From Sedimentisphaerales bacterium (GTDB lineage: Bacteria > Planctomycetota > Phycisphaerae > Sedimentisphaerales > SM23-30): 64,000 nt of DNA. Both the position numbers and the translations under genes were made by a program. Below the pieces are notes generated by a model. The model did not search any database, was not told the origin of the DNA, and saw nothing but the letters and a program-made list of their open reading frames with translations. Location: NCBI GenBank assembly GCA_963663965.2, contig CAXXFK010000012.1:1-64000 (forward strand), in the 5' to 3' direction. Each line of letters begins with the position of its first letter. Position 1 is the stretch's first letter. Positions 1-10,061 of the stretch are shown piece by piece.

Positions 1-291
1 CACTCCCGACAAACTCAGACCTTCATTCATATCCAGAACATTAGCGGAACCAATCTGATCAACAATTGCGCCATCATAACGAAAAGTAAAATCTACCTTG
101 TTCATCGACGCCTGCTCGACAAACACCATAATATCCATATACCCATCCGTCACCGGTGATCGGTACCAGGACCCACTCGACCAGATATCCGGCCGGTAAC
201 GGGTGCCCAGCCATGCTTTTGGTGTTGCCCATACCGTCGAAACAAACAGAAGAACCAGACACATACCCAGCAATCTTGCATTACTCTTCAT
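1..291 (-). CDS. Secreted hypothetical protein, N-terminal part (runs off window)
   Basis: Read manually: GAGGA RBS, ATG at 291, 97 open codons MKSNARLLGMCLVLLFVSTVWA-TPKAW..., with a Sec-type signal peptide. Confidence 0.6.
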   Translation of the reverse strand, partial: MKSNARLLGMCLVLLFVSTVWATPKAWLGTRYRPDIWSSGSWYRSPVTDGYMDIMVFVEQASMNKVDFTFRYDGAIVDQIGSANVLDMNEGLSLSGV

Positions 292-723
292 AACATCCTC
301 GCTCAGAATCTAATAACCATTTCTCTGACAACTTAAATAGTTTCGTACCTTTCGATTAAAACTCGCTAGATACGATATCACTTATTAGTATCGCCTGATT
401 CTTGATATGAATTAACCAGAGATAAAAATAATCTCACCAATTACCGTCCGATAACCGGATTTTGCCCATAACTTGAGTTTGCCGACCATCTTGATGCCGT
501 TAACGATTGTTAATGCCCGATTCGCCGTGAAACAAGTCTTTTCCGAGTTAAAACTTGGCTTACGAACGACCAGACATTCCCTGACTCAATGAGTATAATA
601 AAGCTGGAAATCGATAACCATCCAGTGAGAGTGTCTATACCCTTTATGCCAAACCCAAAACAATCAACCCCTTTGACGGGGTGGTACAGCGTCAACTTTC
701 CCATGGTTCCCTTTTCTGAACCA

Positions 724-1266
724 TTACAACATCCCCCCCAATTGTTTCAGGGGGATACGCGTTTCCAGGGTAACATCGGGATCATCGAGAGCTAAGACAA
801 ATTCGCGATTAATCTCAAAGAACTTGCTGTTGAGTTCATCGATATCCAAAGTATTTTCCACCCCAAACTCCAATTGATCAGGATCGCTTTCTGCAAAATT
901 AAGTGGACAAAACGAAACCGATCGCTCAGCCGGTTCCACTTCATCATTCAAAAACACAATGGGCAATCCATGAGTTCGGCATATCAAAGGACGCTGCGGA
1001 TAAATTTGGCACAATCGATCCATCAGATACCCGCAACTGGCCGCCTCGTCAAAGGTGACCCGGGTTACACCTCTGGCTCGAAGCTCCCATAAAATGGCAA
1101 AAAATTCCACCGGAAACACAGTCAAATTCGTACAACAGTCACAACATTGCTGCTGGCATGTTATCTGATCGCTATGAATATCAAGCAAAATCTGAATTGT
1201 ACGGTCTGTTTGATCCCGTAATTCCCAGTATAACTGTATTAATCTGGCCACTTCTGATTCATTCAT
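724..1266 (-). CDS. YkgJ-family cysteine-cluster (CxxxCxxCC) metal-binding protein
   Basis: CQQQCCDCC, CGYL...CQIYPQRPLICRTHG motifs. Confidence 0.85.
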   Translation of the reverse strand: MNESEVARLIQLYWELRDQTDRTIQILLDIHSDQITCQQQCCDCCTNLTVFPVEFFAILWELRARGVTRVTFDEAASCGYLMDRLCQIYPQRPLICRTHGLPIVFLNDEVEPAERSVSFCPLNFAESDPDQLEFGVENTLDIDELNSKFFEINREFVLALDDPDVTLETRIPLKQLGGML

Positions 1267-1618
1267 TGGGTCATCATCGACTTCTTTTCATGGGAATAAT
1301 TGATAATAACCTGGTTTTACCCGATTTCTGACCGTTTCGAAAAATCGGCATTCAAAGCATTGCCAATAACCAGTTTACCTCACCTGAACCAATAAATAAA
1401 TTCTTAAACCCGACTGACCAGTGCTCTGACAGCCACTAAAAATCAAAATTATCACCACAAATCACCTTACGATATACACTTTTCTTAACTTAAATTAAAA
1501 TCAACAAAAAAAGACTGGTCAGAATGTTAGTAAAAGGTTATATTTTTCAAATCTGTGGTTAGTTAGTAATTATTGATAACAGGCACATTTAATAGTGGTT
1601 TTTGCAAGGAGTTCCGTT

Positions 1619-3544
1619 ATGCACGCATCGATAATGGCCCAGACGATCGGAATGGGTGAAATTTTTGTAGTCATGCTCTACCTGCTCATTACTGTCTTTT
1701 TGGGCTGGCTGGGCTTCAAACACACCAAAACAGCCGCCGATTATCTGATCGCCGGCCGCAAAGTCCATCCCTTTATCATGGCCATGAGCTACGGTGCCAC
1801 CTTTATCTCCACCAGCGCCATCGTCGGTTTCGGCGGCGTCGCCGGCATGTTCGGTATGAGCCTGCTCTGGCTGACTTTCTGTAATGTCTTCGTCGGCATT
1901 TTTATTGCCTTCGTGTTCCTCGGCGCGCCGACACGGCGGATGGGACACCTGTTGGACGCCCATACTTTCCCCGAACTGCTGGGTAAACGCTTCCAAAGCC
2001 GTTTCATTCAAATATTCGCCGGTGTGATTATCGCCGTGTTTATTCCGCTCTATGCCGCCGCAGTTCTTATTGGGGGTTGTGAGTACATTGCGATTCAGTT
2101 TGGCATCCAGTATCAGGTTGCCCTGCTGATCTTCTCGATTATCATTGCAGTGTATGTGATTATGGGCGGCCTTAAAGGCGTCATGTACAGCGATGCCCTG
2201 CAAGGCACCATTATGTTCGTCGGCATGGTAATCTTGCTGGTATTTACCTACATGAAACTGGGCGGCGTATATAACGCCAACCACGAACTGACCGAAATGG
2301 CCAAGTTGCCCTCGTTGTTCGGAAAAATCGGCTTTAAAGGCTGGACCGCTATGCCTGCCTTTGGCTGGGGCATTGCCCAGACCGAAAAAGGCCCCCAGCC
2401 CAACGCCTATGACCTCTGGTGGATTGTCGTCAGCACTATCGTTCTGGGCGTGGGCATCGGGGTATTGGCCCAGCCGCAGTTGGCGGTTCGATTTATGACC
2501 GTTAAAAGCAAACGTGAACTCAACCGCGCGGTGCTCATTGGTGGTATCTTTATCACGGTGATGACCGGTGTGGCATTTGTCGTCGGTTCACTGAGCAACC
2601 TCTACTTCTATAAATACGAAGTGATTACCGGCACGGTCGTTAAGAAGCTCGAAAATATTCCAGTTACAGTTAAGAAAGAAAAAGATATTAAAGCCGCTAT
2701 TCCCTGCGATCTTTTGCAAATTGACATCGACAATAATGGCATAGAAGATGTTACCATTATTGGTGAAGGTCATGACATCGTCAAAGACGGTAAAGTGGTT
2801 CTGCCGGGTTCAGTATTGATGCCCAAAGCCGAAATCACCGAACGCGATGACGGTCTGGTAGATATCCGGCCTAAAGCCACAGCGTATTTGCGGGCGCTGA
2901 CACTTACCAGGGAAGGCGAGTGGATGTGCAACTCCGACAGTATCATTCCCAGTTATGTTACCAGCGCTATGCCGTCCTGGTTCGGCATGCTCTTCTTGCT
3001 GACCTTGCTCTCGGCGGCCATGAGCACCCTGTCCAGCCAGTTCCACGCACTGGGCACCAGTATCGGCCGGGATGTGTACGAACAGATCGGCAGAGACCGC
3101 CAACCCTCTATTATGGTCACACGCGTCAGTATTATCATCGGAATTATCGGCGCGATGATCTTCAGTTACAACTTCCGCGGTGGCTACATCGTCGCGCGCG
3201 CCACGGCCATCTTTTTCGGCCTTTGCGCTTCCGCTTTCCTGCCCTCTTTCGTCGGCGGTCTGTTCTTCAAACGCATGACCAGACCCGCCGCGATCAGTTC
3301 CATGTTCGTTGGTTTTATTGTCACGGCGTTCTGGCTCCTCTTTATCAAAGACAAAGAAGCCCGCGCACTGGGAATCTGTTATGCCTTGTTCGAAAAACAT
3401 TCTCTCCTGCTGGATAAACCCAACTGGCCGGTAGTTGACCCATTGCTGGTCGCCCTGCCTCTCTCGATCCTGACGGCCATTATCGTCAGTCTTATCACCA
3501 AACCCAGTCCGGAAGACCATCTGAAGAAATGTTTCAAGAAATAA
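1619..3544 (+). CDS. Sodium:solute symporter (SSS family)
   Basis: DYLIAGR, SYGATFISTSAIVGFGG, GGLKGVMYSDALQG, SAAMSTLSSQ motifs and many TM segments. AAGGAG precedes ATG 1619. Confidence 0.93.
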   Translation: MHASIMAQTIGMGEIFVVMLYLLITVFLGWLGFKHTKTAADYLIAGRKVHPFIMAMSYGATFISTSAIVGFGGVAGMFGMSLLWLTFCNVFVGIFIAFVFLGAPTRRMGHLLDAHTFPELLGKRFQSRFIQIFAGVIIAVFIPLYAAAVLIGGCEYIAIQFGIQYQVALLIFSIIIAVYVIMGGLKGVMYSDALQGTIMFVGMVILLVFTYMKLGGVYNANHELTEMAKLPSLFGKIGFKGWTAMPAFGWGIAQTEKGPQPNAYDLWWIVVSTIVLGVGIGVLAQPQLAVRFMTVKSKRELNRAVLIGGIFITVMTGVAFVVGSLSNLYFYKYEVITGTVVKKLENIPVTVKKEKDIKAAIPCDLLQIDIDNNGIEDVTIIGEGHDIVKDGKVVLPGSVLMPKAEITERDDGLVDIRPKATAYLRALTLTREGEWMCNSDSIIPSYVTSAMPSWFGMLFLLTLLSAAMSTLSSQFHALGTSIGRDVYEQIGRDRQPSIMVTRVSIIIGIIGAMIFSYNFRGGYIVARATAIFFGLCASAFLPSFVGGLFFKRMTRPAAISSMFVGFIVTAFWLLFIKDKEARALGICYALFEKHSLLLDKPNWPVVDPLLVALPLSILTAIIVSLITKPSPEDHLKKCFKK

Positions 3545-3572
3545 ATTTACCCGCTTAAACTCTCTGATTCTC

Positions 3573-3608
3573 AACGGACGCTTCTACCGGAAAGCGTCCG
3601 TTTTTTTT
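3573..3608 (+). terminator. Rho-independent terminator after the symporter
   Basis: AACGGACGCTT/AAGCGTCCGTT stem followed by a T8 run. Confidence 0.9.
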
Positions 3609-3678
3609 AAAGCGCTTTTCCATGACCGGCAACTGTTTTCCGCCTGACATGCCATAAACCGCCTTTGAAGGAAATCCT

Positions 3679-4098
3679 TTGATAACATCATCCACGATAC
3701 CAGCCCGAACCAACGGCAATTGCGATATAATCGATCTGACCGGCAAAATTCGCGATGAACTTCATCGAAGCGGCCTGACCTGCGGCATCGCCGCCTTATT
3801 TGTAGTCGGATCAACCGCGTCCCTCTCCACGGTAGAGTATGAACCCGGCCTGGTCGATCACGATATCAAGGCCCTTTTCGAAAAAATCGCACCGGAAAAC
3901 GGTGTCTATCAACACGAACTCACCTGGCGCGACGATAACGGTCATTCCCACTTGCGGGCCACCCTGATGGGACCTTCGTTAACCGTCCCCTTTATCGATA
4001 ACGAACTCACCCTGGGCGCCTGGCAGCAGATTATTTTGATCGATTTCGATACCCGGCCGCGTGACCGGCAAATTATCTGCCAACTGATAGGAGAGTAA
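3679..4098 (+). CDS. yjbQ: YjbQ/UPF0047 family protein (secondary thiamine-phosphate synthase)
   Basis: EYEPGL, DNGHSHLRATLMGPS, LGAWQQIILIDFD motifs. TTG start. Confidence 0.9.
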   Translation: MITSSTIPARTNGNCDIIDLTGKIRDELHRSGLTCGIAALFVVGSTASLSTVEYEPGLVDHDIKALFEKIAPENGVYQHELTWRDDNGHSHLRATLMGPSLTVPFIDNELTLGAWQQIILIDFDTRPRDRQIICQLIGE

Positions 4099-4105
4099 AT
4101 TCCGA

Positions 4106-4465
4106 CTATTTCCCCCACGAAATCCATCCGGGCATTTCCTTGAGCCGATCCTTCATAAGTACGATCCGGTCATCCAGCTTATGCAACCTGATCAGGGATC
4201 GAATCACCAGATACCCACCCAATAATATCAAACCCAGGCAAAGCAATCCTATCACGACCAGCCACAAAATAACATGGGCAACGGTATAATATTTCGATGT
4301 AGCTATCAGAATACTAAACACCGATAAGGGCAGGGCAAACACGGCGATACCAGTCCGCATGACAGAAAGCGCTGTCCTTTTTTCGGAAAGCAAAAGTTCA
4401 ACTTCGCTGATTATCAACTGGGCATGAGATGGCTGGTCTGTATGATTTGTATTATCTTCTGCCAT
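4106..4465 (-). CDS. Small membrane protein, DUF202/YidH-like
   Basis: LSEKRTALSVMRTGIA motif plus hydrophobic segments. Start moved to ATG 4465 to avoid overlapping the neighbouring gene. Confidence 0.7.
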   Translation of the reverse strand: MAEDNTNHTDQPSHAQLIISEVELLLSEKRTALSVMRTGIAVFALPLSVFSILIATSKYYTVAHVILWLVVIGLLCLGLILLGGYLVIRSLIRLHKLDDRIVLMKDRLKEMPGWISWGK

Positions 4466-4499
4466 TTGTTCCGAATAGATAGGAAATAAATCCTGTTCT

Positions 4500-5255
4500 T
4501 TATTTAAAAAAGCGAAATCGCAATATGGTAAATATCGCTTTAACGCCATCTTTCCAGGTAATTTTTTTGCCTTCCTCATAGGTCCGGCCGCTATAGGAAA
4601 TACCCACCTCATAAATCCGCCATCGCCCCCTGGCGATTTTGGCAGTGATTTCCGGCTCAAAACCAAATCGATTGCAGCAGATAGTAATCTCTTGAATTAC
4701 CTCACGCCGAAAGACCTTGTAACAGGTCTCCATATCGGTCAGATTCAGGTTCGTACACATATTGCTTAACGTTGTCAGAAACCGGTTGCCCACGTAATGC
4801 CAGTAATAAAGGACCCGCTTCTCTTCGCTGCCGACAAAGCGTGAGCCATAAACGACATCAGCCCGCCCATCCAGCATGGGCTTGAGCAGCTTGGGATATT
4901 CGCGCGGATCGTATTCCAGATCCGCATCCTGAATTAAAACCAGATCTCCGGTAGCTTTTTGAAAACCACTGCGTAGCGCCGCCCCTTTACCCTGATTATT
5001 CTCATGAAAAACCAGTATCACCGAACCGGCAGGATAAGCCGCTTCGATATCCTTCATAATCGCCACACTGCCATCACGAGAAGCATCGTCTATCAAAACC
5101 AACTCTTTATCCAGCCCAGCTTCAACCGCAAAAACCCGGCGCACAATCTCCTTCAATGTCGATTCTTCGTTATAAACCGGCATCACAATCGACAATTTGC
5201 TGATCGCATTGGCCGGAACTTTATTATCGGAACTTGATACGGGTGGTTGATTCAT
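4500..5255 (-). CDS. GT2 glycosyltransferase (polyprenol-phosphate mannose synthase-like)
   Basis: [42 protein letters not shown]. Confidence 0.93.
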   Translation of the reverse strand: MNQPPVSSSDNKVPANAISKLSIVMPVYNEESTLKEIVRRVFAVEAGLDKELVLIDDASRDGSVAIMKDIEAAYPAGSVILVFHENNQGKGAALRSGFQKATGDLVLIQDADLEYDPREYPKLLKPMLDGRADVVYGSRFVGSEEKRVLYYWHYVGNRFLTTLSNMCTNLNLTDMETCYKVFRREVIQEITICCNRFGFEPEITAKIARGRWRIYEVGISYSGRTYEEGKKITWKDGVKAIFTILRFRFFK

Positions 5256-5332
5256 GCATCCATTTAATCAAAAACAGCCGCTTAATCCAACTAAAATCTC
5301 ATTCGTTGATGTTCTGATTCTTTCGCCAATTT

Positions 5333-6298
5333 TCAGTCTACGGGCAACCATTCACCGCCCTGATCGATATTAGCGGCTGTAAAAACACGCGACTGCAGGG
5401 TAATTTCTTTATCAATGGGCTCTTTGTTGAGGATCTTCAAGCCAATATCGATTGCCTCCTTGCCACCGGTTGGATATTCAAAGCTCGCCGATAGGATACC
5501 CTGCTTGACATACGCCTGCCCCTCCTGGGGCAAGCCATCAATACCGACAAAAAGTATATCTTTCTCCCTGCCGGCAGCCTGGGCGGCCAGCCAGGCGCCA
5601 TGCGCACCCGGATCATTATGAGCATAAACCAGATCAATCGCCTCAAAACGGGCCAGGGCCGATTCCATCTCCTTGCGGGCATCGGGTTCAAGCCATTTCA
5701 TATCCGCCTCAAATACAATCTCTAACCCACTACCCTCAATACCGGCACGAAAGCCGCTATGACGGTCCTGACCCGGGGTGGAGGTCATCAGACCTTTCAA
5801 CTCAACCACCTTGCCTTTCCCACCCAGCTTTTCGACAATCCATTTCCCGGCCGCCTGGCCGATTTTTTTGTTATCCGCGCCGATAAAACAGGTATAATCC
5901 TCACCCAGCACCCGGCGATCCAGCACTATGACTGGAATGCCTTCCTGGCAGGCACGCGCCACTACCGGCGTCAGCGGCGCCGCCTCTTTCGGCGATATGA
6001 TTATTAAATCGACTCCGGCGCTGATAAATTCTTCCATTTGGGTTTGCTGTTTTAGCGTGTCATTCTGGGCGTCCTTGAAAATCATTTTCATGTTGGCCAC
6101 CTTTTCAGCGGCCGCCTTAATATCGGCGTTCATTTGTACCCGCCATGGCTCACCCAGATTGCACTGACTCATCCCGATCGTCCAGGATGAACCAACGTCC
6201 GGATTCTGTGTCTGGGCAGTATCCTTCTTTTCACAACCTGTCATCATCAGGACCGCGAAAGTCGCCAGTAGCATTATCACCATTTGTGCCGTCTTCAT
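5333..6298 (-). CDS. Monosaccharide ABC transporter substrate-binding lipoprotein (RbsB-like)
   Basis: Lipobox MTGC, PVIVLDR, AHND, VGIDG motifs. Confidence 0.92.
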   Translation of the reverse strand: MKTAQMVIMLLATFAVLMMTGCEKKDTAQTQNPDVGSSWTIGMSQCNLGEPWRVQMNADIKAAAEKVANMKMIFKDAQNDTLKQQTQMEEFISAGVDLIIISPKEAAPLTPVVARACQEGIPVIVLDRRVLGEDYTCFIGADNKKIGQAAGKWIVEKLGGKGKVVELKGLMTSTPGQDRHSGFRAGIEGSGLEIVFEADMKWLEPDARKEMESALARFEAIDLVYAHNDPGAHGAWLAAQAAGREKDILFVGIDGLPQEGQAYVKQGILSASFEYPTGGKEAIDIGLKILNKEPIDKEITLQSRVFTAANIDQGGEWLPVD

Positions 6299-6312
6299 AA
6301 TAGGTTCCTTTC

Positions 6313-7308
6313 TTATTTTTTTCTTTGCAGCAGTACCGCCGCAACAATGATCGCGCCAGTCAGCATTAAACGCTTGTCCTCGCCCACGGCGTTAATACTG
6401 AGAATTTTTTCCAGATAACCGATCGTCAAAATACCAATTAAGGTAAGCAACACACTCCCTTTCCCCCCTTGCAGTGTAGTGCCGCCAATCACCACCATGG
6501 CGATAGCCGACAACTCATAAGCAACCCCGGCTTCCGGATCACCCTGGAATTCCTGTGAAGCCTGGCAAATCCCGGCCACCGCGGCAAAAAGCCCGCAGAT
6601 TCCATAGGCCAGGATCTTAATCCCAGTAACCGGCACACCCGACAATCGGGCGGCTTGCTCATTGCCGCCAATAGCATAAATATACCGGCCCTGGCGAAAT
6701 TTTTTCAATAACAGCCAGGCAACCAGAACGCAGATTATCAATATCACCGTAACGACCGTAATATTACCGCCCAGTATTTTTGCATTGATCGCGCTGAATA
6801 TTCCCGGCGTCTCTACATATTGGTACGTCCCATCAGGCTGCTGCACGGCAGTCGATACTTTCTGACCATGCGATACCCACTTGGCCAATCCCCGCGCAAA
6901 GACCATCATGGCTAACGTCGCGATAAACGGTTGTATTTTAAACTTGCCGATCAGAAATCCAGACAGGGCGCCACAGCAGGCTCCGGCCAGAATACACAAG
7001 CCAATCGCCAGAAAGGGCGCCCATTGCCAGTGAATCGTCATTAAAGAAAACATGACCGCGGTTAAAGCCAGTACACTGCCAACCGACAGGTCAATGCCGC
7101 CGGCGATGATGACAATCGTCATCCCGCAGGCCAGAATGCCATAGACCGATACGGCACGCAGCATATCTCGATGAGTGCCCCATTTATAAAAGGCCCCGTC
7201 AGCGTGAAAGATCAAACCCAGAATCACGACGACTATCAGCGCCGCCAGGGCGCGGGTAATGGGTGAATGCAATACGTCAAGGTGGCTTTTCCCTGTTCGG
7301 TCGGTCAT
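6313..7308 (-). CDS. Monosaccharide ABC transporter permease (RbsC-like)
   Basis: GGIDLSVGS, PFIATLA, YAIGGNEQAARLSG, YELSAIAMVVIGG. Confidence 0.93.
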   Translation of the reverse strand: MTDRTGKSHLDVLHSPITRALAALIVVVILGLIFHADGAFYKWGTHRDMLRAVSVYGILACGMTIVIIAGGIDLSVGSVLALTAVMFSLMTIHWQWAPFLAIGLCILAGACCGALSGFLIGKFKIQPFIATLAMMVFARGLAKWVSHGQKVSTAVQQPDGTYQYVETPGIFSAINAKILGGNITVVTVILIICVLVAWLLLKKFRQGRYIYAIGGNEQAARLSGVPVTGIKILAYGICGLFAAVAGICQASQEFQGDPEAGVAYELSAIAMVVIGGTTLQGGKGSVLLTLIGILTIGYLEKILSINAVGEDKRLMLTGAIIVAAVLLQRKK

Positions 7309-8834
7309 AACAACATTTCCTCTTCAATAACGCGTCCTAACGCGGCATTTAATATCTTTTCCTGGGTGGCTTCCTGACTGAAAAATTCGGCGGTTATCTG
7401 GCCGCGATGCATAACCAGAATACGATCACTCATTGCCAGCAATTCCGGCATTTCTGAGGTGATCAGCACAATCGCCAATCCGGCATCAGTCCATTGATTC
7501 ATGAGTTCATAGATTTCTTTTTTAGCGCCAATATCCACTCCCCGGGTGGGCTCATCCAGCAGCAGAACTTTCGGACCGGTTTCAATCCATTTGGCTAAGA
7601 CCACCTTTTGCTGATTGCCGCCGGAGAGTGTGTTAACCGGCTGATAGAGACTGTCTGCTTTTAGTCGGAGTGCTTGTAAAGTTTGTGAAAGAGCCCGTTT
7701 TTCTACCCCCGGATGCAGCCAGTCCAGGGATGAATATTTCTTCAGACACGCCAGAGAGGCATTGTAAATAATCGGCATCTCCAGAACCAGCCCGGTGCTT
7801 TTTCGGTCATTGGTCAGTAACGCGATTCCCTGTTGAATCGCCCTGGCGGGATTGGTAATGACCTGTTCTTTTCCATCGATTTTAATAGCGCCTTGAACCC
7901 GGTTGCCATAAGAACCGAAAATCCCATGCAACAATTGAGAATTACCGGATCCCTGTAATCCTGCCAAGCCCAGGATTTCTCCGGCATGAACCTGAAATGA
8001 AATATCTTGAACAACCGGAATCGGATTTTCACTGGTCCCGGGAATAGTAAAATAGGATACTTCTAAACGAACATCTCCCGGTGCTGATCGGTGTCTTGGA
8101 AACTGTTGATCCAGTTGCCGGCCAACCATCCATTGTACCAGAGTATCTGCCGGTAATTGTGCCGCAGTTTCAGTACCGATATACTGGCCATCCCGCAAAA
8201 CGCTGATACGATCGGCAATCTGATAAATTTCTTCCATTTTGTGAGAGATATAGATAATACCACATCCCTGGTCTTTTAACTGCTTAATAATCGCGAAGAG
8301 TTTGTCAACTTCCGGTTGAGTCAGCGCACTGGTGGGTTCATCCATCACGATAATCTTAGCCTGATAGGACAGGGCCTTGGCAATCTCTACCATTTGCTGC
8401 AGTCCGATAGGCAACTCCTCAACGGGCTGTTCGACATTGACTGTCAAACCCAATCCGGCTAACAGTTCCTTTGCTTGCTGCTTCATCAGACGATGGTCCA
8501 CCCAGGACCAGCGATGAGTTTCCCGCCCAAGAAAAATATTCTCATAGACACTTAATGATCCAACCAACGAAAGTTCCTGATGGATCATGGATATCCCGCA
8601 GCCGGCGGCATTCTGGACCGACCTGAAAGTAACCGGCTGGCCATCCCGGATGATGGTTCCAGAATAGTCGATCAATACACCACTGAGAATTTTCATCAAT
8701 GTACTTTTACCGGCCCCGTTTTCCCCCGCCAGAATATGAACTTCCCCAGGCATTAAATCAAAACAAACATTCTCTAAGACATTCACGGGCCCGAATGACT
8801 TACAGATATTCTTCATTTCCAGTAAGCATACCAT
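7305..8834 (-). CDS. Monosaccharide ABC transporter ATPase with two NBDs (RbsA-like)
   Basis: GENGAGKST, MDEPTSAL, LSGGNQQKV, LDEPTRGVD. Start placed at ATG 8834. Confidence 0.94.
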   Translation of the reverse strand: MVCLLEMKNICKSFGPVNVLENVCFDLMPGEVHILAGENGAGKSTLMKILSGVLIDYSGTIIRDGQPVTFRSVQNAAGCGISMIHQELSLVGSLSVYENIFLGRETHRWSWVDHRLMKQQAKELLAGLGLTVNVEQPVEELPIGLQQMVEIAKALSYQAKIIVMDEPTSALTQPEVDKLFAIIKQLKDQGCGIIYISHKMEEIYQIADRISVLRDGQYIGTETAAQLPADTLVQWMVGRQLDQQFPRHRSAPGDVRLEVSYFTIPGTSENPIPVVQDISFQVHAGEILGLAGLQGSGNSQLLHGIFGSYGNRVQGAIKIDGKEQVITNPARAIQQGIALLTNDRKSTGLVLEMPIIYNASLACLKKYSSLDWLHPGVEKRALSQTLQALRLKADSLYQPVNTLSGGNQQKVVLAKWIETGPKVLLLDEPTRGVDIGAKKEIYELMNQWTDAGLAIVLITSEMPELLAMSDRILVMHRGQITAEFFSQEATQEKILNAALGRVIEEEMLL

Positions 8835-9009
8835 TTGATCTACCTTAATGCCGCAGTGAACTGGTATCTGTCTGTATGGAAATTGAACCAAAGAATTCGA
8901 TAACTGTATAGAAAAATCGAAAACCTAAACCTAATTAAAAGTTAATCAAACCAAAAAATCAAGTTTTTTCTATATTTACCTGACTTGATACCCTGAAATC
9001 TCTTACAGA

Positions 9010-9660
9010 CTACAATCGTCCATAGATCTTCACTAATTGAGGCGCCTGTGTAACACCAAGCGGCGTAATCATCTCCCGGTCCAGCGGCAAAGTGGTTCGA
9101 CCCTCATATTTCAATATCGTCTCACGATACGGCTCCCAGTTCATCTCTCCCAGCTTCTTTAGCTGACCTAGCTCTTCTCCTGTTGCTTTTTGAAATCCTT
9201 TATAAACCAGCTCGGAACAATAGATAAAATCCTCATCCATATCATAATGAATATCATAGGGATGCCCCAGGTACCGCTCCATGGCCGCAATAAAATCATC
9301 GAGTTTACCTGTATAGTTGTTGTTCAATCGATAAGCTTCAAACCGTCCGCCCCGCCCACGCCTGACCCAGCGCGATAAATCCTCATATCGTACCTCACCA
9401 ATCGCCTCGATCACCATCCACTTGCCATCTCTATGCACGATTACACCACAATGCGAATAGGGAGATTCCGTTATACCCTCAATCGCGTTAACCAGGTCAC
9501 TTTTTGGTAACGATTGAAATACAATATCCCCAATTTGAGGTTGATATCGTTTCAAATATAGGTACGGCAATGCGTATGAATGGACAAATAGGCCACTCAA
9601 TACAAATGTTAAAAGCGCTAATCGTATTCTCTCTGATTTTTTTTTCGGCCATATTGCCAT
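9010..9660 (-). CDS. YiiX/YebB-like permuted papain (NlpC/P60) amidase, membrane-anchored or exported
   Basis: GDIVFQ, YSHCGVI (His) before YCSELV (Cys), i.e. the permuted order. Confidence 0.88.
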   Translation of the reverse strand: MAIWPKKKSERIRLALLTFVLSGLFVHSYALPYLYLKRYQPQIGDIVFQSLPKSDLVNAIEGITESPYSHCGVIVHRDGKWMVIEAIGEVRYEDLSRWVRRGRGGRFEAYRLNNNYTGKLDDFIAAMERYLGHPYDIHYDMDEDFIYCSELVYKGFQKATGEELGQLKKLGEMNWEPYRETILKYEGRTTLPLDREMITPLGVTQAPQLVKIYGRL

Positions 9661-9670
9661 TCTATCATCC

Positions 9671-10030
9671 TCAACCTTTTGGTGTGCAATACTTTTCCAG
9701 ACTTCCGGATTTACCTCTTAATATCAGAACACCGGATACCATCATTCGAATTCCCAATATAATGACAATAATCGCAGCAAATGGAATCAAAGACGCGCCA
9801 CGATCATCCTGTACCCACCAGTTTTGTAAATAATCAAAACCGATGATCATGATCGAGATAAATACCACACAAATTGTGACTCCTATCACCAGAAACAGCC
9901 ACGCTGTTATTTCAGCAATCTTTTCAAGCCACTCAATACCACATTGCGTACAAAGCCAATGCCGGCGAAACGGGAATACCATTCCTCGATATAAAACCTC
10001 TGTACTGGAACAGTCCGGGCATTCTATCAT
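9671..10030 (-). CDS. Hypothetical protein with Zn-ribbon and two TM segments
   Basis: CPDC...CTQC followed by two hydrophobic helices. Sits tightly in an operon. Confidence 0.65.
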   Translation of the reverse strand: MIECPDCSSTEVLYRGMVFPFRRHWLCTQCGIEWLEKIAEITAWLFLVIGVTICVVFISIMIIGFDYLQNWWVQDDRGASLIPFAAIIVIILGIRMMVSGVLILRGKSGSLEKYCTPKG

Positions 10031-10061
10031 TAAAGACGGCCCTGTTTAAAGATGAGTAGTG

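Noticed and set aside
440..495. GGCAAA motifs on the minus strand suggesting a c-di-GMP-I riboswitch
   Set aside because: No GAAA tetraloop/receptor stem or GACGCAAAGC element in the expected order.
510..795. Short ORFs 510-704 and 589-795
   Set aside because: No motifs; they overlap a small hairpin (667-682) or the neighbouring gene.
1589..3574. Long antisense and alternate-frame ORFs over the symporter
   Set aside because: Shadow ORFs of a well-supported gene; the same applies to those at 26092, 37299, 39476, 40650 and 57605.
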